Shown: positions 27,482-36,020, numbered from the stretch's first letter. The stretch is 37,307 nucleotides of DNA from Fibrobacteria bacterium (GCA_050486505.1 JBJHDK010000019.1:1-37307); one strand, 5' to 3'. Notes: a model not told the origin generated them from the letters alone. Made by a program: numbers and translations.

Positions 27482-28993
27482 ATGAACGCAGAAGAACACA
27501 TGGAGTCCGGAGGTATTTCGGCATCGGTCGTTGAGCCTGTCGAAACGACCGATGGCGCGCTGGAGATCAAGCGTTCGAAGAAGCTGCGCGGTGCGGTGTC
27601 GTTTTCCGGAGATGCGCATCAGGCACTGTTGGCGTGCGGCATCGCGGCGTTGGGTGGGGAATCCGCCCGTATCGGTAACCTTCCCCCCGCCTCACCGGGT
27701 GATCACAGCGCGGGGGCAGGCCTTGCTCCCTGGTTTCAGGAATACCGCGCCGCGCTCGAAAGCCTCGGTGTTTCCTTTGAGTCGACGGACGACGGCCATG
27801 TCCTCGTGCGCGGCGGTGCGTTGAGGTCGCCGGAGAGTCCGCTCGTCGTTCGACATGAACTGGCCGCGTTGATCCTCTCCGGCATTGTCGCGGGCAGGGA
27901 ACTGGATGCCGTGCTGGAACTCGATCCCGTGCATGTGCCGGGGGATGTCGCTGCCTTGCTGCGCGTGCTCTATCCGCAAGAAGAAGACGCCCCCGAACAT
28001 GTGCTTCGCCCCCGTGCGCTGCACCCCAAGGCTCGCGGACTCTGCGTGCCTCACGAACGGAAATGGGATGGCAAGCAGGCGAAGATTGCACTGCTCTTCC
28101 ACCACCTCGCCGCGGGGCAGTCGCTGGAGCTGCACCTGCGCCGTCAGGGCTGCGATCTGCTCGAGAACCTGCTGCGGCACTTCGAGATCGATCTCAAGGT
28201 CGAGCGCGATGATGACAAGGACGCGGACGAACTGACCCGCCGCATGGCGCGCCAGCTGCGTGCGGCCGGGAAGCAGGAACCGGTGACGCGCATCAAGCTG
28301 CCCGCCGGCGCGAAACCCGCGCCCGCCTTCATCGCGCTCGCGGGAGACGTCACGGAAGCATCCGCCGCGGCGCTGGCGGCGACCCTCGTGAAGGGGTCCG
28401 ACGTGCTGCTCGAGGGAGTACTGCTCAACACCGGTCGCACGGGATTCCTCGCCGCCCTGCGTCGCATGGGTGCGGACATCGAAGCCGTGCAACGCAAGGA
28501 ACCCCGTCAAGGCGGCGGGGAGGCCTTCGGCACCTTGCGCGTGCGCGCCAGCGAGACACTGGGGCGGCGCTTCGACGGCGAAGCCCTCTCCGATCTTCGC
28601 GATGAAATCTTCCTGTTGCTCGCGGCCGCGTCTTTCGCCGAGGGGGAATCGGTGTTCCGCGACCTCGATTACCTGCGCGCCGGATCCGTGGACTTCCTCA
28701 AGGAGTTTACCGCGGATCTCAAGGCATCGGGCGTGGAGACGGGCGAGATCGAGGACGGCATCGTGATCCGCGGCCGTGCCGAATCGGACGGCGGCACGCA
28801 TGACGCGCTGGGCCACCCCGGCGTCGCCCTGGCCCATGCCGTGACCGCCCTGAAGGCGCACGGCGCCTCGACCCTCCTGTCCGGCGGCGCGGAGGCGCTG
28901 GAGTGGCGTCACCCCGGACTGTTCGCCCGGATCGGCGCGTTGGCCTCCACGGGATCCCCCGCCGCAGGGCAGGATGCGGAGAACACCCCATGA
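27482..28993 (+). CDS. EPSP synthase (AroA)-fold protein with degenerate active site
   Basis: Scaffold motifs LRGAVSFSGD, AGD..EA, NTGRTGFL..LRRMGADI, RDE, AEGES; most catalytic motifs replaced; occupies the aroA position after tyrA. Confidence 0.8.
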   Translation: MNAEEHMESGGISASVVEPVETTDGALEIKRSKKLRGAVSFSGDAHQALLACGIAALGGESARIGNLPPASPGDHSAGAGLAPWFQEYRAALESLGVSFESTDDGHVLVRGGALRSPESPLVVRHELAALILSGIVAGRELDAVLELDPVHVPGDVAALLRVLYPQEEDAPEHVLRPRALHPKARGLCVPHERKWDGKQAKIALLFHHLAAGQSLELHLRRQGCDLLENLLRHFEIDLKVERDDDKDADELTRRMARQLRAAGKQEPVTRIKLPAGAKPAPAFIALAGDVTEASAAALAATLVKGSDVLLEGVLLNTGRTGFLAALRRMGADIEAVQRKEPRQGGGEAFGTLRVRASETLGRRFDGEALSDLRDEIFLLLAAASFAEGESVFRDLDYLRAGSVDFLKEFTADLKASGVETGEIEDGIVIRGRAESDGGTHDALGHPGVALAHAVTALKAHGASTLLSGGAEALEWRHPGLFARIGALASTGSPAAGQDAENTP

Positions 28994-29925
28994 AAAAGCC
29001 CCCTGTGGTTCGCGACACCTTCGTCACGCCGCCTGATCGGGAGATCCGCAGCCTGGGCGTGTTCGCGCTCAAGGGCGACGCCGGGCCCGCGCTGGAGGTG
29101 GTGCGCGCGTTCGCGGAAGCCCATCCCGGAGTCAAGGTGCACCTCAACACGTACCTGAAGCCGCATGCGGGCCGGGGACTGCGCGTGCGTTCGGATGCGT
29201 GGCTGGTGGCGAACTCCGACGCGCTGTTGTCGCTCGGCGGCGACGGCACCTTTCTCACGGCCGCACGCCTCGCCCACGGACGGGGCATTCCCGTGCTGGG
29301 GGTCAACCTCGGCCGCGTGGGGTTTCTCGCGGACGTGTCGCTCGAAGATCTTGGCGCGATCCTCGCGGACCTGACGCGCCGCGAGTACAGCCTGCGCAAC
29401 CGCCTGGTGCTCGAGGTCGAGCATTTGCGCGGACGCAAGGTGGTGCAGCGCGATGTGGCGCTCAACGAAGCAGCCTTCGCGGGCACGCTGGGCAGTCAGA
29501 TGGCCACGCTCTCCGTGGAGGCCAACGGCAGCTTCCTCACCGATTACCGCGTCGACGGGCTGCTGGTCTCGACGCCGACCGGCTCGACGGCGTATTCCCT
29601 GTCGGCGGGCGGGCCGATCGTGCATCCTTCGGCCAACTCCATTTTGCTCACTCCGTTGAATCCCGCCTCGCTGTCGGTGCGGCCGCTGGTGCTGCCCGAC
29701 TCGATGGAGATCGTTATCCGCAACAAGACGGAAGTCGGGGGGCCTCTGCGCTTCTTCGCGGACGGCCGTCTGCGGGGAGAGCTTCGCGAAGGGGACTCCG
29801 TGCGGATCCGCCGCCACCCGGAGCGGTTGCGCATCATACGTCCGAAGGGGAGCTCGTACTTCGATTCGCTGCGCAACAAGCTCGGCTGGACGGGCGACCG
29901 GGATCCCAGGTCGGGGGCGGTGTAG
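28990..29925 (+). CDS. nadK: NAD kinase
   Basis: LGGDGTFL, GVNLGRVGFL, ALNE, DGLLVSTPTGSTAYSLSAGGP. Confidence 0.96.
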   Translation: MKKPPVVRDTFVTPPDREIRSLGVFALKGDAGPALEVVRAFAEAHPGVKVHLNTYLKPHAGRGLRVRSDAWLVANSDALLSLGGDGTFLTAARLAHGRGIPVLGVNLGRVGFLADVSLEDLGAILADLTRREYSLRNRLVLEVEHLRGRKVVQRDVALNEAAFAGTLGSQMATLSVEANGSFLTDYRVDGLLVSTPTGSTAYSLSAGGPIVHPSANSILLTPLNPASLSVRPLVLPDSMEIVIRNKTEVGGPLRFFADGRLRGELREGDSVRIRRHPERLRIIRPKGSSYFDSLRNKLGWTGDRDPRSGAV

Positions 29926-29931
29926 GGGAGC

Positions 29932-29966
29932 GATGAGTGGTGAGTTACGAGTTATGAGTGATGAGT
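29932..29966 (+). repeat. Tandem heptamer array (NNYGAGT)5
   Basis: GATGAGT GGTGAGT TACGAGT TATGAGT GATGAGT directly after the nadK stop. Confidence 0.85.
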
Positions 29967-30095
29967 TGGGAGGTGAGACGGGTTAGGGGTTCGTCGTCGT
30001 CCGCTTTTTGGATGGTTTGGGTCGCGCGGAACGCGAAGAAGTTTGACCGCAACGGGCGCAACGGGTGCAAAGTGAAAACAAGGAGCGAAGGCATC

Positions 30096-30134
30096 AAAAA
30101 GCCCGCCGCGGGATTCCTCCCGGGCGGGCTTTTT
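30096..30134. terminator. Bidirectional intrinsic terminator (copy 1)
   Basis: AAAAAGCCCGCC...GGCGGGCTTTTT. Confidence 0.88.
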
Positions 30135-30195
30135 GATGAACGGGGAATCCTGCCTTTGCGTTCCGAAGAACTCTCCGGCGGGTTTCACCGGATGC

Positions 30196-30795
30196 TTAGG
30201 GGACGCAGGTCCACGTCGCTTCGTAATCCTTCCTGCATCCGAAGAACGGATCCCCGATCACGGTGTGGTTGACCGTGTAGGCGCAGCTCGTTTCGCCGTC
30301 GCAGGTTTCCGCCAGATGCCAGGTCTTGTCGGGATCTGCTGCGGAAGGTGCAACGGGGGAGTAGCCGCCGCCGACGCAGTTCTCGCCGTACAGACCGCTA
30401 ATGACCTGGATGACACCGGCTTCGCAGGTCAGCATCACGGTCTTGCCCGAAGATTCACCGCTGGCGAAGGCGGTGAACGGTCCCGGATCGATGGGATCCA
30501 CGGGGTCAACCGGATCCAAGGCGCAGTCGGCCGCGCTCGTGGCGCCTTCGGGAGCCACATGGTCGCCGTGGCCGAGGTGTGCCTGCACGGCGTTTCCGGA
30601 GACGGTGATCAGGTTGTACCCATTCCCGGTCTTGTGGCAAATCGTCACCCTGCCGGCATTCGCGGCGGCGGCCCTGGCGGCGATCACGGATTCGGGTTCG
30701 GTGACGGAAAGCCCTTCGTTCGGGCCCAAGGACTGGTTGCAGCCGATCAGTGCGAGCACCGAGGCGGCGGCAAGGGTGGCGAGACGACGATTCAT
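30196..30795 (-). CDS. Lipoprotein with an ICH...AHLGHGD module, DPVDP linker and SUEL/rhamnose-binding-lectin-like domain
   Basis: Lipobox LIGC; VTICHKTGN..AVQAHLGHGD; LTC..GVIQVISGLYG..CDGETSC.YTV....GDP..GCRK....WTC. Confidence 0.75.
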   Translation of the reverse strand: MNRRLATLAAASVLALIGCNQSLGPNEGLSVTEPESVIAARAAAANAGRVTICHKTGNGYNLITVSGNAVQAHLGHGDHVAPEGATSAADCALDPVDPVDPIDPGPFTAFASGESSGKTVMLTCEAGVIQVISGLYGENCVGGGYSPVAPSAADPDKTWHLAETCDGETSCAYTVNHTVIGDPFFGCRKDYEATWTCVP

Positions 30796-31115
30796 GAAGA
30801 CTCCTTTGATGACAATGCCGGTAAATCCGGACTCGCGGAATATATGTCCGTTATTCGGGTGTAACAGAATATTTCTTGATTAAAAAATGACATTATGACA
30901 AACTATGCGGAAAAATGAGAAAAATCAAGGCTAAGTCATTGAGTTGTTATCAAATCGCCACATCCGGCTCGCAGAAACCGGCAGGTGATTCCTGTTCGGG
31001 ACGTGGAGGAACGCGAAGAAGATTGGCCGTAAGGGAGATGCATAGAAAATGCCAAGAAGACCGGCCACAAAGGGCACAAAGGGTGCACAAAGAGAAAACA
31101 AGGGGCGAAGGCATT

Positions 31116-31154
31116 AAAAAGCCCGCCGCGGGATTCCTCCCGGGCGGGCTTTTT
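31116..31154. terminator. Bidirectional intrinsic terminator (copy 2, identical to copy 1)
   Basis: AAAAAGCCCGCCGCGGGATTCCTCCCGGGCGGGCTTTTT. Confidence 0.88.
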
Positions 31155-31173
31155 GTGCTCTATGGCTTGAGGA

Positions 31174-31821
31174 TTACCAGGTCAGCACAACACCGGAAGC
31201 GCTGAGCCCGTTGTCGGACGTCGCAACCAGGCCCGTCAGCTCCCGTGCGGCGATCTGGGCGTTTCCGGAGTGATTGATCTGGCCGAGATCGATCGCCCAG
31301 ACACTACCGTCATCGCCGTTCCCGAAGATCGAGCCGTTTCCACGGGTGTCGTTCTGGTTACGGTTCGCACGGTAGTGAACGAAGGTGTCTTCGCACTCCG
31401 CACCGTTCCCGCAGGTCTGGAAGTTCAGGTTGATGTTTCCGTTCGGGGCGACCACGTAGTTGGCCAGTACGCCGGAGATGGTCACCGTGACGATAGTGGG
31501 TTCGACGGTGATCAGGCACTGTTGGTGCGGCGGGGTGCCGGCAGCTTCATTTCCGCCATTGTTGGTGAACACACCTCCCGTGCACCAGCCGTTCTGGGCG
31601 TTGCGTGCGGGGCCGTCGGGCTGCACAGCGGTTCCGCCGACGTCGCCGATTGTGACCGTGAAGGTCGCGCCGACGGGGGTTCCGGGAGCAGAAACACCGT
31701 TCGGACCGCCTTTGGCAGCGATCACAGTGTCGTCATTCGAAGACATTACGTCGGGAACCTGGTTGCAACCGACGAACGCGAACACGCCGACAGCTGCAAG
31801 GGTGAGAATTGATTTACGCAT
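31174..31821 (-). CDS. Hypothetical lipoprotein (G/N/T-rich, 4 Cys after the lipobox)
   Basis: MRKSILTLAAVGVFAFVGC lipobox; GAGG upstream of the ATG; terminator downstream. Confidence 0.75.
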   Translation of the reverse strand: MRKSILTLAAVGVFAFVGCNQVPDVMSSNDDTVIAAKGGPNGVSAPGTPVGATFTVTIGDVGGTAVQPDGPARNAQNGWCTGGVFTNNGGNEAAGTPPHQQCLITVEPTIVTVTISGVLANYVVAPNGNINLNFQTCGNGAECEDTFVHYRANRNQNDTRGNGSIFGNGDDGSVWAIDLGQINHSGNAQIAARELTGLVATSDNGLSASGVVLTW

Positions 31822-32228
31822 GGGAACTACCTCGCCGGGCAGTGGGGATTGAACTTTCGGGCAGCCCGTGACGCCCTGTGACGCAGGAAACTTATGCTGG
31901 ACCAAGCACCGCATCTACGAACTTTTGCTGACACAGTGTCACGCGACACACGCGCCGAACTTCACGAACATTCAGTGGACTGTTATCACTTTGAATTTGC
32001 ACGAAATACGCTTCTGGTGGCGCTCCTTCACACCCTCCGCAAGCGCGTTATCGATTTGTTGACACCATGTCACAGGATCGGTTTTGACTTGATCTGCTGT
32101 GATGACAATGCACTCATGCCGAACGTCAGGAGTCGTTTCCTCCCCCGCTCCCGTGCAGAGTGTTTCCCCGCTTCCTTCCCGCCCGACCACAGCCATCACT
32201 CACCCGTGTACCTCCCGCCCCCCACCTG

Positions 32229-32249
32229 TGACACCTGACACCTGACACC
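32229..32249 (+). repeat. Tandem heptamer (TGACACC)3
   Basis: Three exact copies upstream of recN. Confidence 0.85.
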
Positions 32250-32333
32250 TTCCTCCCCCCTCACCCGGTTCACCGGCACGGCGTCCGGACAGTCGCGATT
32301 CCGCCGGGCCGAATCTGTCCGGGAAAGATTTAC

Positions 32334-32347
32334 TGCACGTACGTTCA
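32334..32347. promoter_or_regulatory. Candidate LexA (SOS) box of recN
   Basis: TGCAC-GTAC-GTTCA, one mismatch to the TGCNC-N4-GTGCA motif recalled for Fibrobacter LexA; 10 nt upstream of a TATTTT -10 box. Confidence 0.55.
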
Positions 32348-32369
32348 GCAATTGCGTTATTTTTTGCAC

Positions 32370-34031
32370 ATGCTCCGCACCCTCCGCATCCGCAACCTCG
32401 CCATCCTCCCGGAAGCTGAAATCACCTTCGAGCCCGGATTCACGGTGCTGACAGGGGAGACCGGCGCCGGCAAGTCGATCTTGCTCAACGCCCTAAAGCT
32501 TATTCTGGGGGCCAAGGCCAAAACCGACCTCATCCGTCAAGGGGCCGACAAGCTTCGCGTGGAGGCCGTGTTCGACATTCCCCCCGTAGCCGCGTTACGC
32601 GACCTCTTGCGCGAGCGCGAAATCGATGCAGACGATGATCTCGTCCTTGAGCGCGAGCTCACCGCCGCCGGCAAGAGCCGCGCGCGCGTGAACGGAAGCC
32701 TGGTGACCCTGTCCGACCTTGAGGCCATCGGTCGCCACCTCGTCGACCTGCACGGACAGCACGAGCAACAGGGACTGCTCGACCCTTCCACCCATGTCGC
32801 CTACCTCGACGGATACGGTGGCCTCGCTACCGAAGCCGGCGTATGCGGAGCGGCCTACCGAGCCTTCCGTGCGGCGGAGCAGGCGCTGGAGCGCGCGGAA
32901 TCGGATGCGGCGCGGTTGCGGGAGCAGATGGACTTCCTGCAATTCCAGTTCAAGGAGCTGGACAAGGCCGGGTTGAAGGACGGCGAGGAGGAACGGCTCG
33001 AGAACGAGCTCAGGATGCTTTCCGGATTCGAAAAGATCGCGGGGGGACGCGATGCCTGTCTCGATGCCCTCGAGGGGACGGAGGGAGTTCTCCCTGCGCT
33101 GGGGCGGCTTCGCAAAGACCTGCAATCCCTGGCGAAACAACTCGAGTCCGGAGACTTCGCGGCCCAGGAAGAAAAAGTGGAGGCCGCTGCGTCCCTGGTC
33201 GAAGAAGTCCGCGATGCCGTGAACGGCCTCGACATTCCCGCCGAGGCGGACCCGGAGCGCATCGACATCCTGAACGCCCGGCTCGCGCTGTTCCAGCGCC
33301 TCAAGGCGAAGCACAAAACGGACCTTGCCGGGCTGATCGCGCTCCGGGATCGGCGCCGCGCCGAGATCGACACCGTGGAGAACGCGGGCATCGAAACCGA
33401 ATCCCTGAAGGATGCCCGCGACACGGCGCGCGCCGACGCGCAGGCGCGCGCGGCCGCCCTCTCCGCCAAGCGCAAGGCGGCCGCGAAGAAGTTCGACAAG
33501 GAAGTCAACGCGCGCCTCGCCCGCCTCGGCATGGACGGAAGCCGCTTCGAGACCCGCATCGAGGATGCGGGAGTGCTCACTTCTCACGGCCTCGACCGGG
33601 TGGAGTTTTTCCTCGCGGCCAACCCCGGCGAGCCCGCGCGCGCGCTGCACAAGTCGGCTTCCGGTGGTGAAATCTCGCGCGTAATGCTGGCGATCAAGGG
33701 CGCGCTGGCACAGAGCGACCCGCGCCCCCTGCTGGTGTTCGACGAACTTGACACGGGAATCGGGGGACAGACCGCCCTGCGTGTGGGGGAGGCGCTTTCG
33801 GAACTCGCGGGCCACCACCAGCTTCTGGTCATCACGCACCTGCATCAGGTTGCGGCGCGCGCGACGCATCAGCACAAGGTGGAAAAGCAACTCGAGGGGG
33901 GGCGCACCGTGACGCGCGTCGCGCCGCTTGCGGCGCAGGAACGCGCCACGGAACTGGCCCGCATGATGGGCGGCGAAGACTCCGGCACGGCGCTGAAGCA
34001 CGCACGGGAACTGCTGAAAAAAACGGGTTGA
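32370..34031 (+). CDS. recN: DNA repair protein RecN
   Basis: LTGETGAGKS, HGQHEQQ, ASGGEISR, FDELDTGIGG, ITHL.QVAA. Confidence 0.97.
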   Translation: MLRTLRIRNLAILPEAEITFEPGFTVLTGETGAGKSILLNALKLILGAKAKTDLIRQGADKLRVEAVFDIPPVAALRDLLREREIDADDDLVLERELTAAGKSRARVNGSLVTLSDLEAIGRHLVDLHGQHEQQGLLDPSTHVAYLDGYGGLATEAGVCGAAYRAFRAAEQALERAESDAARLREQMDFLQFQFKELDKAGLKDGEEERLENELRMLSGFEKIAGGRDACLDALEGTEGVLPALGRLRKDLQSLAKQLESGDFAAQEEKVEAAASLVEEVRDAVNGLDIPAEADPERIDILNARLALFQRLKAKHKTDLAGLIALRDRRRAEIDTVENAGIETESLKDARDTARADAQARAAALSAKRKAAAKKFDKEVNARLARLGMDGSRFETRIEDAGVLTSHGLDRVEFFLAANPGEPARALHKSASGGEISRVMLAIKGALAQSDPRPLLVFDELDTGIGGQTALRVGEALSELAGHHQLLVITHLHQVAARATHQHKVEKQLEGGRTVTRVAPLAAQERATELARMMGGEDSGTALKHARELLKKTG

Positions 34032-34064
34032 TTGTAGGGGCTAATAATTATTAGCCCCTACAAT
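34031..34064. repeat. Perfect 34-bp palindrome, GTAG-type REP-like element
   Basis: ATTGTAGGGGCTAATAA|TTATTAGCCCCTACAAT. Confidence 0.85.
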
Positions 34065-34136
34065 GTTCCCGCGCGTGCAGCGCCCCCCTGACAGGGTATT
34101 ATCATTGAGGGTCCCCCCTTCCCCCGGAGGCCCGCA

Positions 34137-34676
34137 ATGTCGACCCCCTTCAAAAACCTCGCCCGTGGATTGGTCACCGTCCTCGTCCTCATTTTCGGTG
34201 TTCGCTCCGCTGAAGCCATGCCCCAACCCGGTGAACCCGCGCCTTCCTTCCGGCTTCCGAACCAGGACGGCAAAGAGGTGGCATTGGAAGATTACCAGGG
34301 GCGCTGGCTCGTCCTTTACTTCTATCCCCGCAACATGACGACGGGGTGCACCATCCAAGCCGGGAACTTTCAGCGCGACGCGGCGGAGTATGAGGCCCGC
34401 AATGCCGTGGTGGTCGGCATCAGCGTCGATAACATTGCATCGCACCAGGAATTTTGCGCGAAGGAAGGACTGGAATTCACGCTGCTCTCCGATACCGCGG
34501 GCGTCGCCTCGCTGGCCTACGGCTCGCTTCGCCGCAGCCTGGTGGGGCGCATCGCCGAGCGGAACACCTTCATCATCGATCCTGAAGGCGTCATCGCGAA
34601 AGTGTATCGCGGCGTCTCGGTGCGCGGGCACAGCGAGGAAGTGCTGGCTGACCTTGCTGAGTTGCAGGGAGAGTAG
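34137..34676 (+). CDS. bcp: Peroxiredoxin of the BCP/PrxQ family with N-terminal signal peptide
   Basis: YFYPRNMTTGC (PxxxTxxC), GISVD, second Cys in HQEFC, RNTFIIDPEG; GGAGG RBS. Confidence 0.9.
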   Translation: MSTPFKNLARGLVTVLVLIFGVRSAEAMPQPGEPAPSFRLPNQDGKEVALEDYQGRWLVLYFYPRNMTTGCTIQAGNFQRDAAEYEARNAVVVGISVDNIASHQEFCAKEGLEFTLLSDTAGVASLAYGSLRRSLVGRIAERNTFIIDPEGVIAKVYRGVSVRGHSEEVLADLAELQGE

Positions 34677-34677
34677 T

Positions 34678-34819
34678 CAATTACGAATTAAGAATTACGA
34701 ATGAAATGCAGGATCCCGCGTGTGATTGCCGCCGCTGCGGGGTAGATGAGTCCGTGCGATGGCGCTCTAAAACATGCTTGTATTCAATTCGTAATTCGTA
34801 ATTCCGTAATTCGTAATTC
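34678..34819. repeat. Inverted heptamer-array element 3
   Basis: CAATTAC GAATTAA GAATTAC GAATGAA at 34678-34705; 77-nt spacer; TTCAATTC followed by four GTAATTC units at 34783-34819. Confidence 0.93.
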
Positions 34820-34850
34820 CCCCGTAACACCCCCCGCCTATGTTCATCGC

Positions 34851-36011
34851 ATGGCGAGGATCCTCTACGGTGTTCAAGGCGAGGGGCGTGGGCATGCCAC
34901 GCGCAGCCTTCGCGTTCTGCAGGCGCTGATCCATGAAGGACACGATGTTCTCATCCTGACCGGTGGGGATGCGCTTCCCGTTCTGGAATCGGCACTCGGA
35001 AACCGTGTGCTCGAAATCCCCCTGCTGCGCTACCATTACAATCCGCGCGGTTCCCTGTGCGCCTGGCGGACGATTGTTCGCAACCTGGGGCCGCTTCGCA
35101 AGCTCGCGCTTCGCAACCCCGTGCTTGAATCGGCCGTGCGTCGTTTTGCACCGACCGCCGCCGTGTCGGACTTCGAGCCGTTGACCTGTCGGCTTGCGCG
35201 CGTGTTCAAGCTTCCACTCCTCGCCGTGGATCATCAGCACTTCCTGACGGAGACGGTGTTGCCGCGTGTTCCCGGCGCGCGCAACGCGGTGAAGCTCTTC
35301 GCCTACCGGCTCGGTACCCAGCTGCTTTCAGGATGGCCCCGGCGCATGGTCGTCAGTTCGTTCCATCACTTCCCCCGCCGCCGGGGGAGTCGCGCAGTGT
35401 TCGTGGGACCGTTCCTGCCAGAGGATGTGCGCCGCCTCTCGGTGCGCGATGCCGGTCACGTGACCGTCTATTTGAAGCGTCCCCACTATCTCGAGGCGCT
35501 GCTGCCCGTGATGAAAGCAGCTCCCGACCGGGATTTCGAGCTCTTCGCCGCGTGGGAAGAAGAATGGACTCGGACCCTGCCGCGCAACGTAAAACTGCGC
35601 CCGCTCGACCGTGAAGGATTCCTGCGCTCGCTGGCAGCCTCGCATGCCCTCATCGCGACGGCAGGCAATCAGGTGATGGGAGAGGCCATCTGGTTGGGCA
35701 AGCCCGCGTTGGCCATTCCCGAGCCGGGCGTGCTTGAGCAGGAGCTCAATGCGCGTGCCCTCGAAGACAGCGGATGCGGAGCGGTGTGCGTGCTTGATGC
35801 GTTCACCTCCGAAACGTGGCAGGCATTCGAAAGTGGACGTGGGGGGTATCTCCGCGGCCTCAGGGCGTTTCGGGAAATGCACCCTGATTACGACGGTTTG
35901 GCGGGGACTCTCCGCGTGATCCGAAGGCTGGTCAAGGCCCCGGAGGCCGCGCCTGTGAAGGCTGTCACGACAAAAGAGCTGCGCCCGCAGGTCGTTCCGG
36001 CCCGGGGTTGA
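34851..36011 (+). CDS. GT-B glycosyltransferase (MJ1255/VC2487-like)
   Basis: ILYGVQGEGRGHATRS, VSDFEP, TAGNQVMGEAIWLGKP, EQELNA. Confidence 0.88.
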   Translation: MARILYGVQGEGRGHATRSLRVLQALIHEGHDVLILTGGDALPVLESALGNRVLEIPLLRYHYNPRGSLCAWRTIVRNLGPLRKLALRNPVLESAVRRFAPTAAVSDFEPLTCRLARVFKLPLLAVDHQHFLTETVLPRVPGARNAVKLFAYRLGTQLLSGWPRRMVVSSFHHFPRRRGSRAVFVGPFLPEDVRRLSVRDAGHVTVYLKRPHYLEALLPVMKAAPDRDFELFAAWEEEWTRTLPRNVKLRPLDREGFLRSLAASHALIATAGNQVMGEAIWLGKPALAIPEPGVLEQELNARALEDSGCGAVCVLDAFTSETWQAFESGRGGYLRGLRAFREMHPDYDGLAGTLRVIRRLVKAPEAAPVKAVTTKELRPQVVPARG

Positions 36012-36020
36012 CGGGGAGCT

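Noticed and set aside
27708..27733. GCGGGGGCAGGCCTTGCTCCC in the aroA-like gene as a fourth in-frame REP
   Set aside because: Resembles a decayed GTAG-type REP (AGAGLAP), but too degenerate and no second copy in the window
31822..32330. Riboswitch, ncRNA or small ORFs between the lipoprotein and recN
   Set aside because: No recognisable aptamer consensus; the short ORFs lack RBS, codon bias and motifs
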